Shown one piece after another: positions 1-13,627 of a DNA stretch of 64,000 nucleotides; position 1 is the stretch's first letter, and the number at the start of each line of letters is the position of its first letter. The notes under the pieces were generated by a model, which was not told the DNA's origin, searched no databases, and saw only the letters and a program-made list of their open reading frames with translations. Source of the DNA: Setoptus koraiensis. Lineage: Eukaryota; Animalia; Arthropoda. The translations under genes and the position numbers were made by a program. The stretch spans positions 20,584,001 to 20,648,000 of the forward strand of contig CM106586.1 of NCBI GenBank assembly GCA_048013815.1. Direction: 5' to 3'.

Positions 1-1642
1 CACTAGTTGCAAATCAAATGATGAAAAAACTCCCAGCTCGCCCATGGATTCATTGATTGATTGGTTAATCTGCTTTGTCTTGCGCTGGCTCTATCTATGC
101 GCCTATCTATCTATCGCGAGCTCGTTGCCGGTGGCGCCGAGCGATAGTTGCGCTGCCGGGCCTCGCTGGCGACGCTCCGAGCTAGCGACGCTTCGAGCTG
201 GCTGCAGCCGCTTATGGATGGATCCACGATAAGCAGTTTGCAGTCTGAGCCCTTTTTGCAAAGTGTTCTAAAGTTGCGCTCTTGGCACACTCTCTGGCTG
301 GCAAGTTGCGAGCGGCGGCAACCCAATTTTACCGTTGGCCGCCGCCGCCGCCGCGCGGCCGGCCCGCAATCGATGGGAGAGGCAGCGCGAGGCCCAGAAC
401 CGACGCGAACCAGCGAGAATCGCGAGAGTGGCGCCGCACACAAGAGCCGAGCGCCCGAGGAGCGCGGATCCGGCATCCATTATCCGGCGACCACCAGAGA
501 CGGGCGCGTCTCGACGGCGGCAACACTTGTCGCTGGCGACTCGCGCGCCCTCCCCCTCGAGCCGCCCGCCAGAGCCCGCCAGAGCCCGCTAGAGCCCGCC
601 TGAGCCCGCTCGTGCGCTCGTCATTTCGGGGCCCGCTCGCGGGCCCGAGAGGCACGCTCAGACACAAATGAACAGCAACCAACAGACAGCGCGGCTGTCC
701 GGCGGCCGCGTGAACTTGTGCGCTGCAAGAAAGATTTTGCGCCCTCAGGCCTAATCTCTCATAATCTTAACACTGGTGGCCTTATTCGCGCCCGCTCCCC
801 CCGTCGCTGGCTGGCTGGTGCTCTTATCGATTTCTCGGCATCTCCATCTCTCAATATCTGGCAGTGGCTTGCGCCAGCGCCCGCCGGCCCGATGGCGCGG
901 TCTCACTGGTGCCGGGTACATGCTCGGTTGCGTCACAAAAGTGGCACACATTTGTGCAGAGACATACGCTCGCATCCAGTTTGCATTCGAGCCGTGAGCG
1001 GCCAGATACCAGCATTTTGCAATCAGCGGCCTCGAGCGAGAACCGGCCCGCTGTTGTCTAGCCAGAGATAGTGGCGCCATTGGCGCTGGTACCGCCGATG
1101 CCGCCGCTGCCGCCGCTGTCACTGGTACCGCCGATACCGCTGATACCGCGGCAGTGCCATAGCAGTGCACCTAGCGGCAGAACGGCCGCGGCCATTGGAG
1201 CCAGCAGCACGGGCACGGGCCCCACGGCTCGGGCCCCATAGAGTGGCATAGACAAGTGCGGCCGCTAGAGGACACTGCAGTAACTGGCATAGTTAAATAC
1301 TGGCACACGTGAGAGGGGCCAGGCCTGTCTCAAACTGATAACTTGTAACTTGCGCATTTGTGCATTATGTGCCGGCGAGCCGCCATAAGCCAGCGGCTTG
1401 GCCGGCCCGTCGGCCCGAAGAACGAGGCCAATGGGATCAGCGCGACTCTGTCTTATATCTATATAAAGTGTTTGTGTCTTAAATATCTATTTGTATCAGT
1501 GTGCGCGAGGGTGTGTTGATTTTGTATTATACTGTCTCTGTTTATATCTAATTCTCTCCATCTTGTGGCGCGTTGTTCGCTCACTGCTGGCGCTGGCCGT
1601 CATTGGTTCACTTGACTTCATTTGAACCAATCATTCCGGCGC

Positions 1643-1739
1643 CAGCAACGACAGCGCCAACAATGGCAGCGACAACAACGGCAGCACCAGCAACAACAGC
1701 AACAACAACAACAACAACGCCAACAACAGCAACAGCCAA
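1643..1739. repeat. Degenerate triplet repeat (CAA/CAG/CGA-type)
   Basis: Triplet-phased run ccagcaacgacagcgccaacaatggcagcgacaacaac...; reads as poly-Q/R, poly-T/A or poly-N/S depending on frame. Confidence 0.9.
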
Positions 1740-3799
1740 CTTAGCGGCACAATTCAATTTATTGCGTCATCTCTTTGTTTTTCTGGGGCCTCCGTCGCGT
1801 TCGCTCTTGGCCGTCGCGTTCGCTCTTGGCCCTCGGCCCTCGCCATCATTTCGCTCTGACTCGCTGCTGGCCACACGGCTAGCGATACTTGCCAATGGCG
1901 CCGTTTGTATAAATGGTAATAGAGTTTCTTTCTCACGGACGCCATCTTGCTCGCTATCATTCATGGCACAATATCAGCCGTGGCACACCATTGCTCGCGG
2001 CACACCATCACTGGCGGCACATAGGGGCGCACATTTGCGACCTCTTTTACATTTATACTCGAGCACACTGCTCAAGATATCATAGTTATTGAGCTATAAC
2101 TACTTGAGCAGTTCGCGCATTGTTGTGCCCATTCCTGTGCAGCCAGCAGTCACTGTCAATTGGCGGCATCGTTGCCGGCTGTCCCCGTGCCAAGGGGCCG
2201 CCGGCATAAGCCCGTACACCGGGCCCGCAATACCCGTACGGGGGTTGGCCCGATGACGATGCGGTCCCGTTGCGGCCGATGGCCCGCGCCAGTCAGTGAT
2301 GGGCCGAGTCAGTTTGTGATGGGCCAAGTCAGTTTGTGATGGGGGCTCAGAATTATCGCCGGCCCAATATCATCGTCAATTGCTAGCCGCTTGCCAGCGT
2401 GAGACTGCACGGCGCCTCAATGGCCCCTCGATTGGACAGCGTCGAAGAGGCCGGTATAATTTATACTGAGGGACCCACTCGAGCTGCATGTGCAGCCGGT
2501 TTGATGGCTGTTGCAAAATAACAGCGGCACGCGTTGTAACGCGTCGGGCTTGCGGGGCCCCCGAGCTGGGCAACGGCAAGACAGTTAACAAACAACAGAT
2601 ACGTACATAATATCAGTTTATATCTTTTCGCGTTGCACTTTGCGCATGGGGTACGTAATACATGTATTACGTATTATGTGAGGCTATGGGTGATCGAGTT
2701 TGCGCTTGCTGGTGGCCAGACGCGCGCGACATACGCACCGTGCACCGTTCATTTGCACAATCGGGCAGGGGCCCCCAAATAGGAATTAGGCCAGACGGCG
2801 CGCCAATTGGACACACTCAATTGTGCGTTGGATGCTCTCGGCGGCGGCGGCGGCGGCGGCGCGCGATTCTCGGGCTGGCTGATCGGTGATCCCGTGCGCC
2901 AATTGTGCCGGCCCGGCCGGCGAGGGCGAATCATTAATGGCGCCCTGTTTATGTTGTTGTTGTGTTTGCTCTCATAACAACGGTATAAAGTAAATTGTTT
3001 CATTTCGTCTGCTTTGTTGTTTTGCTGGCCTCGGCCCGTCACAACGGCGCAACAGCCATTGAAACCGCTTGAGCTCGGCAGCGGCGCCGGTCGCGCTTGT
3101 TGCAGCTGCCGGCCATATAATAATATAATATAAAAGTTGGCGCCCCTTCTTTATGCGCTCATTAAGCGCTCCCAAAGATTTATTTATATATATACGTATG
3201 CGTATTAGACACACATTGAGACTCTCAATGGGCGACAGAGGTGCGCTGCGCTGTGACGCAATAAGTGTCAAATAGGCAAGATGGAATAGACAACTGGCAC
3301 AGACTGTGAGGCCCGGCGACGCAACAACGATAATGATAATCATATCATATAATTGTAATCAGCTAGCGGTATAAACTGGCCAGGCCAGCCCAATTGGGGC
3401 CCGCTGCCGGGCACGTCTACGGCACACTAAGTGTGTAGCGGCGTATTATACGTGCAGCGGCATATAACAATGCCTCAGTGACACATTATGTTTATGTAGC
3501 CGGGCGCTAGCGTTTATGGTGTCGGCCGCTAGCGGCGAGCTAGCTTGCCAGCAAGTCAGTCATTAGATTACGCCGCTGCCGTCGGATTTGTCGCTGGCTG
3601 GCTGGCTGACTGGCTGAGTGTTGTTATCCGCTGCTGTCCAGTTGTAAGTGTTGGCCCGAGCAAAAAGTTATGTAAACATGTGCATTTCCGCACAACACAC
3701 CGTTGGCCGACGAGCCGACACATAAACAGTGCGCGAAATCGCTATGCTCCGCTCTGCGTGTCTAGTCGATTTGATATTGGCTAGTGGCGACATTTAGCC

Positions 3800-3910
3800 T
3801 GTCGTTGCTGTTGTTGTTGCCGTTGTCGTTGCTGTTGCCGTTGTTGTTGTTGTCGCTGTTGTTGTCGCCGTTGTTGTCGCTGTTGTTGTCGCTGTTGTTG
3901 TCGCTGTTGT
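3800..3910. repeat. Degenerate (TTG/CTG/TCG)n triplet repeat
   Basis: gtcgttgctgttgttgttgccgttgtcg...; Q/R-rich in one minus-strand frame (ORF 3781..4089). Confidence 0.9.
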
Positions 3911-6900
3911 AACAGTATTGGGCTAAATGGCACACACAAAATTGATAATATGCCAGCCATCAAATATCCAGTTGTGCCAGCAGATGACGAACAGCTGTAA
4001 ACATGCGCTCGCCAGGCGTAAACAGCCAGCCAAGACGCCAGCCAGCCAGCCAGCCAGCCAGCAGCAGACAGCGAAAAACAAACACACAATCGAGTAAAGT
4101 GAGCGGGGGCCCCCTAACGGAACCGAGCGGACCTGGCAGGCACAATTTAAACGCGACGCGCCGGCCCAACGAGCGGCCAGTTGATAGCAGTTGGCAGTTG
4201 GTAGCTAGGCATACACACGCAATCACGTTATAAATCATGGTTGCGTCCCTAGAATAGAGCCCGCTCTCAGCGGCCAGCTAGCTTGCCAACAAGCTTGCCA
4301 GCAGCAACAATGCCAAGGGTGGCCAGTTTAATTTTGTTAGACACTGGACACACCGGCGTGGCCGGCGTATCACCTGTGCCTCACTTGGCCGCGTCGCTGG
4401 GTATTTGTCGTTGGTGGCCGGAAGGTGAGCGGTGCTCACAACAGCGTGTGCCGCATACACACGCTGACAATTGTGACGCTCATCATGCTCTATATTGCCT
4501 TTGCCGGCCTCGCTCGGGCCCCACTGGGCCCCGTCGGCCCCCGTCGCTTGCGGGGGCTAAATGAATAGCCGCCGCTGTCCAGTTGTTGATGTTATGCAAC
4601 AGACAACTGCTTACGGGGCAAGCGCGGCAATAGCGACGCTGCTTCAATTGCACAGTGACAACAACAACAGCAACAACAATATCTGTTCGCGCCGCACACA
4701 CAACTTATGACGATGAGTGAGTGGTAGCTGGACAATAATTTAAATAAATTATATTATTACATATCATGCCACAACAGTCGGCGGATCACGTGCCAACGTG
4801 CACCCGGCAATGGTCCGCAAAACGTAGGGGCCCCACACAACAACTACAACCGACGGTTGTCGCACAACCGTCGGCAGCACAACCGTCGTGTGGTGCCCAC
4901 GGTGTAGTACGACGGCCGGCTACCAGGCGGCTACATGGCTGCATGGTAGCCGGGCTGACAGAGCACAGATAATAACATGATAAAATTGTTATCTCACGCA
5001 CCTAGCAGCAGTGCACTGGGCCCCTAAATGCATGCTGTGCGCGGCGTATATGTTGTGTTGCAATGGTGGCCACAGAGAACCAGCCAAATCCACAAGACTC
5101 TCGGGCCAAGCAGGCGCCCTCTATCGATCAGTGAATGTGCACAGTGGCTGCGTTAAACGAAAAGAGCAACCATCGCCAGCCAGCTAATCTAATATCTTGT
5201 TGCCGATTTGTAATTTCAGCTGTCGCCAACCGGACAAAACTCTTTAAAACGCGCTGATCTCTCCAATTGCGCCCACTGTCGGGCATTCGCAACAAGCGTC
5301 TATGTCCATAATGACTCAACGCCGTTATGCGCCCCGTTGGATGTGGCAAAAACGGGCGCCTCAAACTAGAAAAGCTCAAGTTGAGCAACAGCAGGTTCGC
5401 AAGAAAATATCCTTCTCGCAGCGACAATCTCGCCCCTTTCCATGCTCACTGTTCTCCGGGGCGCTAGATGGCGAGGCGACACGAGCAGCGAAACAGCGGG
5501 CTTGCTAACAAGGTGAACCTGCCAGGCTTGCTGGTTTCGGCCGGGCACCTTTGGTTGGCGGCTTGTTTCGGCCGGAATACCAAACAGCTAGCGCTGAGCG
5601 GCATAATTAGCCGAACACAATAGACATAATCCCGTCTATTTTGGGAGACGCGCTAATGAGTCTACAACGGCTGTGTGTGTGTTCTCTGTGCCACCTCTGT
5701 GCCGCTTGCACCGTCCCATCGCTTGCACCCACACCCGGCTTAAATCCGAGGCTGCCCGACTGAATCCGAGCTGGGCCGAGCCGCGCCGGCCGCAGCCGGC
5801 CCAAGATGCCGCTCGCATGCCCGGCGCGCCCACTATTGCGTAACAGAGCTATAGGCTCTGTTGCAAATGTGCACCAATGTGTCTTGTTAGAAGGCGCATG
5901 CTAATCCGGTCACTGGGGCGCCCCCTCGGCTGACCGAACCGCCACACTGTTGACCTAACTTGTATGTCAAAAATCTGTCTCAGTGTCCGCCGCACTCAGT
6001 TGGCCTCAACGTATGTCGTTTTGTTGTGAGAGTCGATTTTGGACGCTAGGTGGCGCCTTCGACAATCACTAAGCTACGAATTTGCCAGAAAACGAATCAG
6101 ACGAAAAACTCGACCAACCAGCGGTGGATATTCAGTGACGCATCCGCACAAGAGCCGCATTTCACTTGAGCTCGCTCGATCTCATATTCATGCAACAATA
6201 TACGTGTATGTGTGATGTTTGATGAGTATGAATATCGGCGTCAGTTAGATCGGGCCCGTTGTAGAGGCGTCGAGGCAGTGGCGTGTGGCGCCACCTGGTG
6301 CGAGAAAGCAGAACCCACTATAAATCATAGATCAGTGCACGAGATAGCGAGTGAGCAGTAGGACAGGTGACCTATTGGTGGTGGTCAACAAGGCGACTCA
6401 TTTGCATGACAATGCCGCCCCCAAATAAACTGACCCCCACTGATGACCACCCGATATAGTGCTGGTTTGAGTGGCGAGAGCGGTGATGTTGCACGACACA
6501 TAATGAGATCATGTGTGAGGCCGAACACTTCAATCTACAATCACAATCGTCTCATGTGTCGGCTATCTCGGCGCACCCGGCCAACAACGTGAGCTGGTTG
6601 CGCAACAAAGGCCCCACTATCGATGTCAAGATTGATATCACCTGGTGGCGAGACATTTGTGCTGTTGTGGTGAACAACAAAAAGCCAACTTCTTCTTCTT
6701 CGACACGCTGTCCGCATCTCATGTCTAACTGAATCAGCCTGAGGGAGTTGTTGTCGAGTCGCCACTCGAGCTACTGCTGCTGCTGCTGACCAGCTGGTGT
6801 GATTGTGAAATATCTTGTACGGTCGCCATTGATCATCGCGCGGTATCGTCGAGCATCGATATATTGATCGTCGATGCATTGATCATCGATGTTTCCATCA

Positions 6901-7201
6901 TCGATGACCGTATTGGCGGTAGCTCGTTGGACAAAGGTCAATGAGGTGAGACAGTGACGCAACGTTAGACGCTTATGACTAACGGTCGCGAGCTGACTCA
7001 CTTCCGTAATTACGCGTCCGTCAGCCTGTAGGTGTCGCAGATATTGGCGCCACACCAAGACGCACGCCGCCATTTGGAGCCCAGTGTACACACGGCACAT
7101 GGATAAGGGCGATAAAGGCGTCGCCAAGCGGCCAACAAACAAACGGCTGTCACAACGACAAAGACGGGCCAGCGGCCGCATGACACAACGACCACACCGA
7201 T

Positions 7202-7288
7202 AACAGCAACAACAGCAGCAACAACAGCAGCAACAACAGCAGCAACAACAACAGCAACAACGACAGCAACAACGACAACAGTAGCAGC
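7202..7288. repeat. Degenerate (AAC/AGC)n triplet repeat
   Basis: aacagcaacaacagcagcaacaacagcagc... seen directly. Confidence 0.9.
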
Positions 7289-9225
7289 GCACCAATCAAC
7301 TACAACGGCCAAAACGGTCTCAACATCAGGTAACGGTTAGTCATTCAAGTACACACACACACACACACACTTACACAATAGGTAACTATCTATCTTCTCA
7401 TCATGACAAAAACTTTTTGTCAGCATCGAGCGAGTTTGTTCGTACGTGCTGTTTTGTTATGCAAATTTATCTATCTTGCCGTATCACAACACCTATATTA
7501 TTAACAAGAAGAATGTAAGGTTATGTAACAGACAATCATAGACCAGAGGTTATGTAACAGGAGCGGGGGGGGGCAGTATATTAGTATTGTGCATATTGGC
7601 GTGCTTGATTTTGCATCTTCTTCGCTGTTTGTTTGCAACAAGCCGGTTCGCCGCTGACAAGTGAGTGATAGGCCCAACGGATGGGCATCCGTTTCGCGAG
7701 GCCGGGCCTCACATAATAAAAATAATCTAAATACAATAGCAAGCAAACTTATTTACACACACACACACACACAAACTGGGCCAGACACGCTTAGACAGTT
7801 TGGTCAAGCTTATCTCGTTTAGTTTGAAGTTGCGCCGCCGAGGTGGCGCCACGTGTATCAATGTCAGGCAATGATGTAATTTGGCATTGTTGGGCCAAAC
7901 ACAATGTTTATCTATATATTATCTATATAATATGTGCGCTCAATTACTTGTGTATGTAAAAAAGAAACTTCAATATGTGATTTAAAGGGAATCACCGAGA
8001 TACAAACAACGGCTAACTATTGCGTAACAGTAGCAGTTTGGGCAATGAGATGATTCAGAAATGAATAGACGAGCAAGAAAAAGAGAGGAGAAGTGGGGGA
8101 GGCAAGGAAATTGCGCAATGATTTTAATAATGACTTCACTTTATCCATACTAATACCGCCTCTGCCACAGGGAGCGCGCCACGGCAAAGGGGGGGTGGGG
8201 GCCAGTGCACTTAAAATGTTAATATATGAATGATGACATAGGTCGCTACTTCCCCTTGGTTGGTCTCGACGTCGTCATTCTCATTTCGGTGCAACATGAG
8301 CGCTGGCGCTGGCAAACATTCATGAGCTTATGAGCGCGGGCGCGGGCACGGGCCCCATCGAAGAGCGACGATGCGAACGGGGCCCGCTAAAGAGCTCGCT
8401 CGAAGCATTCTCTCAAATGAGTGAATTGTTGTTGCCGTCGCTGTGCCGGATTATTGTTGTTCGGGGGCTTGAATATTCGCCTCGATTTGATTCAATCCGA
8501 TCCAGCCCAATCCGGCCCGATTCAACCCGCGATTCAAGGCGCGCTATTCAGGCACTCCGGCCAAGATCGATGCACTCGTCGATGATTGTGCACAGTGCAC
8601 GCCGATGAGAGATAGATAAAGATGATAATAGGTGACTGGAGCTTGTAATAATAATAATGGGCGCCGCCGATATCTCTCGCCAGGCGCTCACAGGCTCGCC
8701 CGTCCCGCTCGCCGGCGCAAATCCGGGCGCGCGAGCTTAACACTCGCCGGGCTGGATTTGGGGCCGCGATCATCAGACGGCCTGATGGCCCGACACACGC
8801 ACCTAGGTGCGTATGCTCCCGCTCCAATCTCGGTCGTATTGAGCGGGGGGGGGCTCAATCGAGTGCGAATGGATCCCGACCTAACTACACGCACGCTCAC
8901 TCGCAAACACGTACACGCACGCACACTGCGCACTCTTTGGGCCCCGCTGGTCGGCTTGCGACCAGCAACAATACCTAAAGAGAGTAATAAGTACATTTTT
9001 TAAACTTCGTCCGACGCACGCCCAGCACCAGCCAGCCATTGGACAGGCAAAGCCCGTTTGAGGGGCCCCGTTGGCCGACAACGCTCCAGATGGAGAGCGC
9101 CATCTAGACTGCATGCGTCACACTGCAGTGTCGCCGTTAAATCGCCTAGGGAAATGCCAAGTGATGTAATAGAGACAGAGAGGGGCGCACACACGCATTA
9201 AGCATGTTACATAACATTGGCGCTG

Positions 9226-9380
9226 CAACAACAACGACAACAACGACAACAACGACAACAACGACAACAACGACAACAACGACAACAACGACAACAACGA
9301 CAACAACGACAACAACGACAACAACGACAACAACGACAACAACGACAACAACGACAACAACGACAACAACGACAACAACA
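9226..9380. repeat. Perfect 9-bp tandem repeat (ACAACAACG)n, about 17 copies
   Basis: Uninterrupted acaacaacg units; source of the poly-T, poly-V and LLS tracts in the overlapping ORFs. Confidence 0.97.
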
Positions 9381-10658
9381 GATTTATCATTAGTTACAGC
9401 CGGCCTGGCACGGCTAATTATCAGTGTCAATTGCGCGCTCGTCATCGCTAGCTGCCCGGCTCGACATGCCTGTCTGTGTGGCTGGCTGTCTAGGGGCGGC
9501 TTTTTGCGGGCCGGTCGACCGCCTAACTGGCTGTCAGGGGGCGGCTTTTTGCGGGCGGGCCGGCTCACAGACTGTGTGACACGACGCTCATGTGAGCTCG
9601 AACTGGCGCGATTTGCCAATTCGCAGATCGGGCTGGCATGTCCCATTAGATCGGTGCCGTGGTGGCGCGCGATTCAAAATCGGAGCGCCCCGCAGCGGGC
9701 CAAAAGCGGGCTAAATGCTCAGTTTGGCAACACTGTGCGCACACAGTGCGAGCTTGGCGCATCAACTGACCACTCATTAATCTATTCATGGCCGGCGCGC
9801 CACGCGCGCCACGGGTCAAATTTGATGCGGATAAAGTGCACTGGGCGTATAATGACCTCATTTAAGCGCTTATGTCATCAACAGCAAACACTTGCAAATC
9901 ACACTCGTGGCGAGATCATAATAACGCACACTCAGTTTTGTCATTATCATCTCAATGTTGTAATTGTATTTGTAATAATAACCACACCATCTCCGTTGCG
10001 CGGCGTCGGGGCGCCTAGCGACGCAGCGACTGGCGGCGACTGGCGGCTGGCGGCTGGCGACTGGCGGCTGGCGGCGCTGCGATCAGGTTTGGGCCGCCTT
10101 TTGGGGCCCCAACTAATCCAATTTGGCCGCCCGGAGATCATCTGGCGCAATAATTATCGTGCGGCTTCAACGCGGCGCCTCTAACTAGCGATTGGGCCCA
10201 CGAGCAAGCGGCGCGAGATGTTACATGTTTGCCCGCGCGCGCGCGCGCGCTAATCTAATTTCATATGAATAAATAGTTTCGTCGCATTGGCTATTTATGG
10301 AACTGGCCGGCGCAAGCGGCCGAAGGGCGAGCGCCCGCCAAAGAGGCGCTTCGGTGGCTGCTTATTCGGGCCTCAAACTGGCCCCTTTCTCAGCCGATTA
10401 AGTGTGTGTGTGTGTGGGCGAGTTTAAATGAAATGCGCCAGAATGCCGCCGCGCTGCCGCTCTCAAATGGGGCGAGGGGCCCCATTTGATCCCGCAGGAC
10501 AGTCGGGATCTTTTTTAATGAGCTCGCTCGCTCTTTCATGGGGGCTTGGCTAATTTTGTTTGCACACTTTGCCGGAGATAGGATAGGATACTACTAGGCC
10601 GACTAGCAAGTGACGAACAGCTGACGACATAAGCAAGCTAATCGGCATGAAACGAAGC

Positions 10659-10661
<3 letters not shown>

Positions 10662-10689
<28 letters not shown>
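10662..10689. repeat. (GA)n microsatellite
   Basis: About 14 AG units seen directly. Confidence 0.95.
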
Positions 10690-11559
10690 TGCAAGCTCGC
10701 CAGGCAACAGGCCCAGCCGCTGCAAATGTACACTTATCCGCCTCGTCGTATAAGTGTACGCTAGCCCGGACTAGGCTAGTCCGACTAGCGGACTAGGGCG
10801 CCCCAATTGGCCTTGCGCCTATAGAGGCGCCCACATGCACACTAACTTGGCCAACATGGCACTAACAACCGTGTGAGAGAAGAGAGCGGCTGTTGGTAGC
10901 TGGTGGCTGGTGGCTAGTGGCGATACCCACCGACGGGCACTGGATAAAACTTGCTTTTTCGCGTTGAGCTGGCGAGATGTTTTAAAATGACGCCGGCGCC
11001 CATTTGGCCTGGGCCGCGCTAGTGAGTTCTTAGTGCGGTCTAGTTTAGTGCAGCCTAGTTAAGTCCGGTCCAGTCTGGTTTAGTTGCGAGTTTACAGTTG
11101 GGTGCTGCATTGGTGCTGGCAGTGCTGATAAATGGCCAATAATTGGCCCACGATGCACTGCCAGCTGCAGTTGCAGTGCGCGGATAGTTGGGCCTGGCCA
11201 ACAACTGTGGACAGCAGTTCGGACAGTGGCCATGGCCGAAATGGCCCACAGCGCGGCCCAGCGAACCAGGCCGCATTTGTTAGTGCTCGGGCTTTCGGCG
11301 GGGCTTACAAGTTAGGTGGGCCTGGCGCGCTTGTGTGCGCTGGGGGCCCCGCTCTGACATTGACCAACATTGAGCGACGAGGCGAGGATATTGAGGCGAA
11401 TCAAATGTGTTCGTGTGTGTGTGTGTCGCAGCGGCGGCGGCTATGATTAGCCGAAGGGAAATCCAGTGTGTCGCTTTCCCCCCGAGACTACTTATAATGG
11501 TCGTAATGATAACTCATGTGCACCATTAATACCAATGCACCACTAATTTTGCAGCGGGT

Positions 11560-11590
<31 letters not shown>

Positions 11591-13526
11591 ACTAGTCGAG
11601 CCGGACTAACCAACGGCGGCGGCCGATGGGCCGAATTGGGGCCCCAAAGTGAACTCGCTATTTAAGTGTCTCAGCTGGCTGGGCGCCGCGACGGGCTGGG
11701 CGCTGCGACGGGCTGGGCGCTGCAGGCGCTCGCGCGGCCGGCCGCCTGACCGCCGGCCGGACAATGGTCCGAAAAGGGCAGCCACAGCACGCCCTGCTCG
11801 CTCGTGTGCCCGAACGTGGAGGCTTCGGCGCCCCTTTCGGGCGAGCGTTCTCTCGCGCGTTCTCTCGAGCCTCCATTCAATCTTGGTTGCTTGGGCCGGC
11901 CTAGAACGGACCTAAAGCGGGCCCAGAACGGGCCTAAAGCGGGCCCAGAACGGGCCGAAAGCGGGCCTCAACCAACGGGACCCGCTGGCCCAGTTGGTAA
12001 TTACCACTGTTTGACAAGCACCACCGCCAACGACAAACAGCCAACGGCCACACTAACAAACAACCGAGCCTCTGTTGTGTAATCTGAAGCGTGTTTAAAG
12101 TTTACGACGCACACACACACACACACACACACAACTCCCTTAGATTGGTACTTTACTCAGCTGGCCGATGTGACCAAGAGAGCGAGAGAGCGAGACCCCA
12201 TTTGCCCCAATGGAAACAGTACCCGAAAACGGGCCCACTGGGAGCGCGCAAACCCCAAAATTCACCGGCCACTCCGCCCAGATGGAGCCACTGTGGACGC
12301 CGATGTGGCGCCTCACCTGAGTGTGGCGCCACTGTGCAGCCAGATTCTGAAAATCCCAACGGCAATCCCAACATGCGACCCAACATTGACTAGCCCGAAG
12401 CCGGCCGATATCGAGTTGGCAAGTGGACACTCACTCAATTTTCAGTGTTGTCCGGCCAAGTGCGAAAAAGCGGCCAGTTGTCAGCGGAAAACACGCCGCT
12501 AGTTTTAATAAAATCACATAAGACACGATTTATCGTAGGGGCCCCAATTTGTGTGTCGGACCTATAAGATGCCATCTGTCTCGAGGCGCGTCTGACGCGC
12601 ATTTGTCGAAGCTTTGCCGAGATTAGCCCCACTGATTTAAACAACCGGCGATTTTCAGATAGGGGCGCGAGCGAGGCCCAACTTCCGGTCAGTGATTGAC
12701 GAGCAAAGAGTGCAAGCATACGAATTGGTTGTTGTTATGAATTGCATTATGAGGCGTTTGCGATGAGATGAAGCGATTGTGACAGACACAGTCAACAGCG
12801 ACAACTTTGTATCATTTGGGTGTTTAGGGGGCCGCAAGCAAGAAACAAGCGAGTCACTGGTGCCAGCTCGCTTCGGATTGCTGCAAAGAGGGGCCGAATT
12901 GAGGCCGTGACAACAACAATTTAGAGGTCGCTCTAACGAGAAGAGATTTCCCCATTGGCTATTATTAGAGGGGCGACAGAAAGAGGAAGCCAGCCAAGTG
13001 GCCGGTTGGTTTTGTTTGGTTGCTGTTGAGTGGCTGGCAAATTGGCAAGCTTGTTTGGTCAAGTAGAGGCTGTTGTGGCCAGCGCATTCCAAGAGCGATG
13101 GCGCCTGGCGGCCAATGACGGCACTAAACTAAAACTAAACGAACAATTGGTCAACAATGGATTGCGAAACGCAATAAATATATATATATATCCAATCGAT
13201 ATATATATATACGTTGACAAGAGTTTTCATAGATAAATAACACAAACCGAATGGGATAACAAACAAGTGTGAGGCCGATTGTTTGTCAAGTGAGCGATGC
13301 AATTGCGGATGAATTGCCAAGACAGATTGGCCGCCATTAGCGGCAAGTTGCGCAATTGTGCACTGTCTTTGTTGGCGCCATGTTGTCGGCCATTGGTCTT
13401 GCCAGCCAGACAATGGCCGCCGAGAGCGAGGGGCAGCGGCTCTCGATGATGACAGAACAATAATGGGCCTAATCACACTTTTGGCTTGCTCATTGCGAGT
13501 CGCCCGGGACAAGCTCCGCGGGTCGC

Positions 13527-13627
13527 TCCGACGACCGCACAGTCCGACGGCCGCACAGTCCGACGGCCGCACAGTCCGACGACCGTATAGTCCGACGAGC
13601 GCACAGTGAGACGGCCGCACAGTGAGA
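13527..13627. repeat. 16-bp minisatellite (TCCGACGGCCGCACAG), about 6 diverged copies
   Basis: Tandem units read directly from the sequence. Confidence 0.9.

Noticed and set aside
6317-6340. TATAAA followed by an ATCAGT Inr-like element
   Set aside because: The spacing (about 13 nt) is far short of the canonical 25-30 nt; other TATA-like hexamers in the window also lack a supporting Inr.
6495-6560. TGAGATCAT (bantam-like seed) in a weak hairpin
   Set aside because: The match ends after 9 nt, it lies on the 5' arm whereas mature bantam is on the 3' arm, and the stem is poorly paired.
6511-6732. VSWLRN / ITWWRD resembling Ig C-strand motifs
   Set aside because: The Ig cysteine spacing and the DxGxYxC motif are missing.
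9204-10184. Longest ORF (326 aa, poly-Thr, mucin-like)
   Set aside because: Its length depends on a perfect 9-bp repeat; no signal peptide or recognisable domain; includes translated local duplications (GGFLRAGR x2, GDWRLAA x2).
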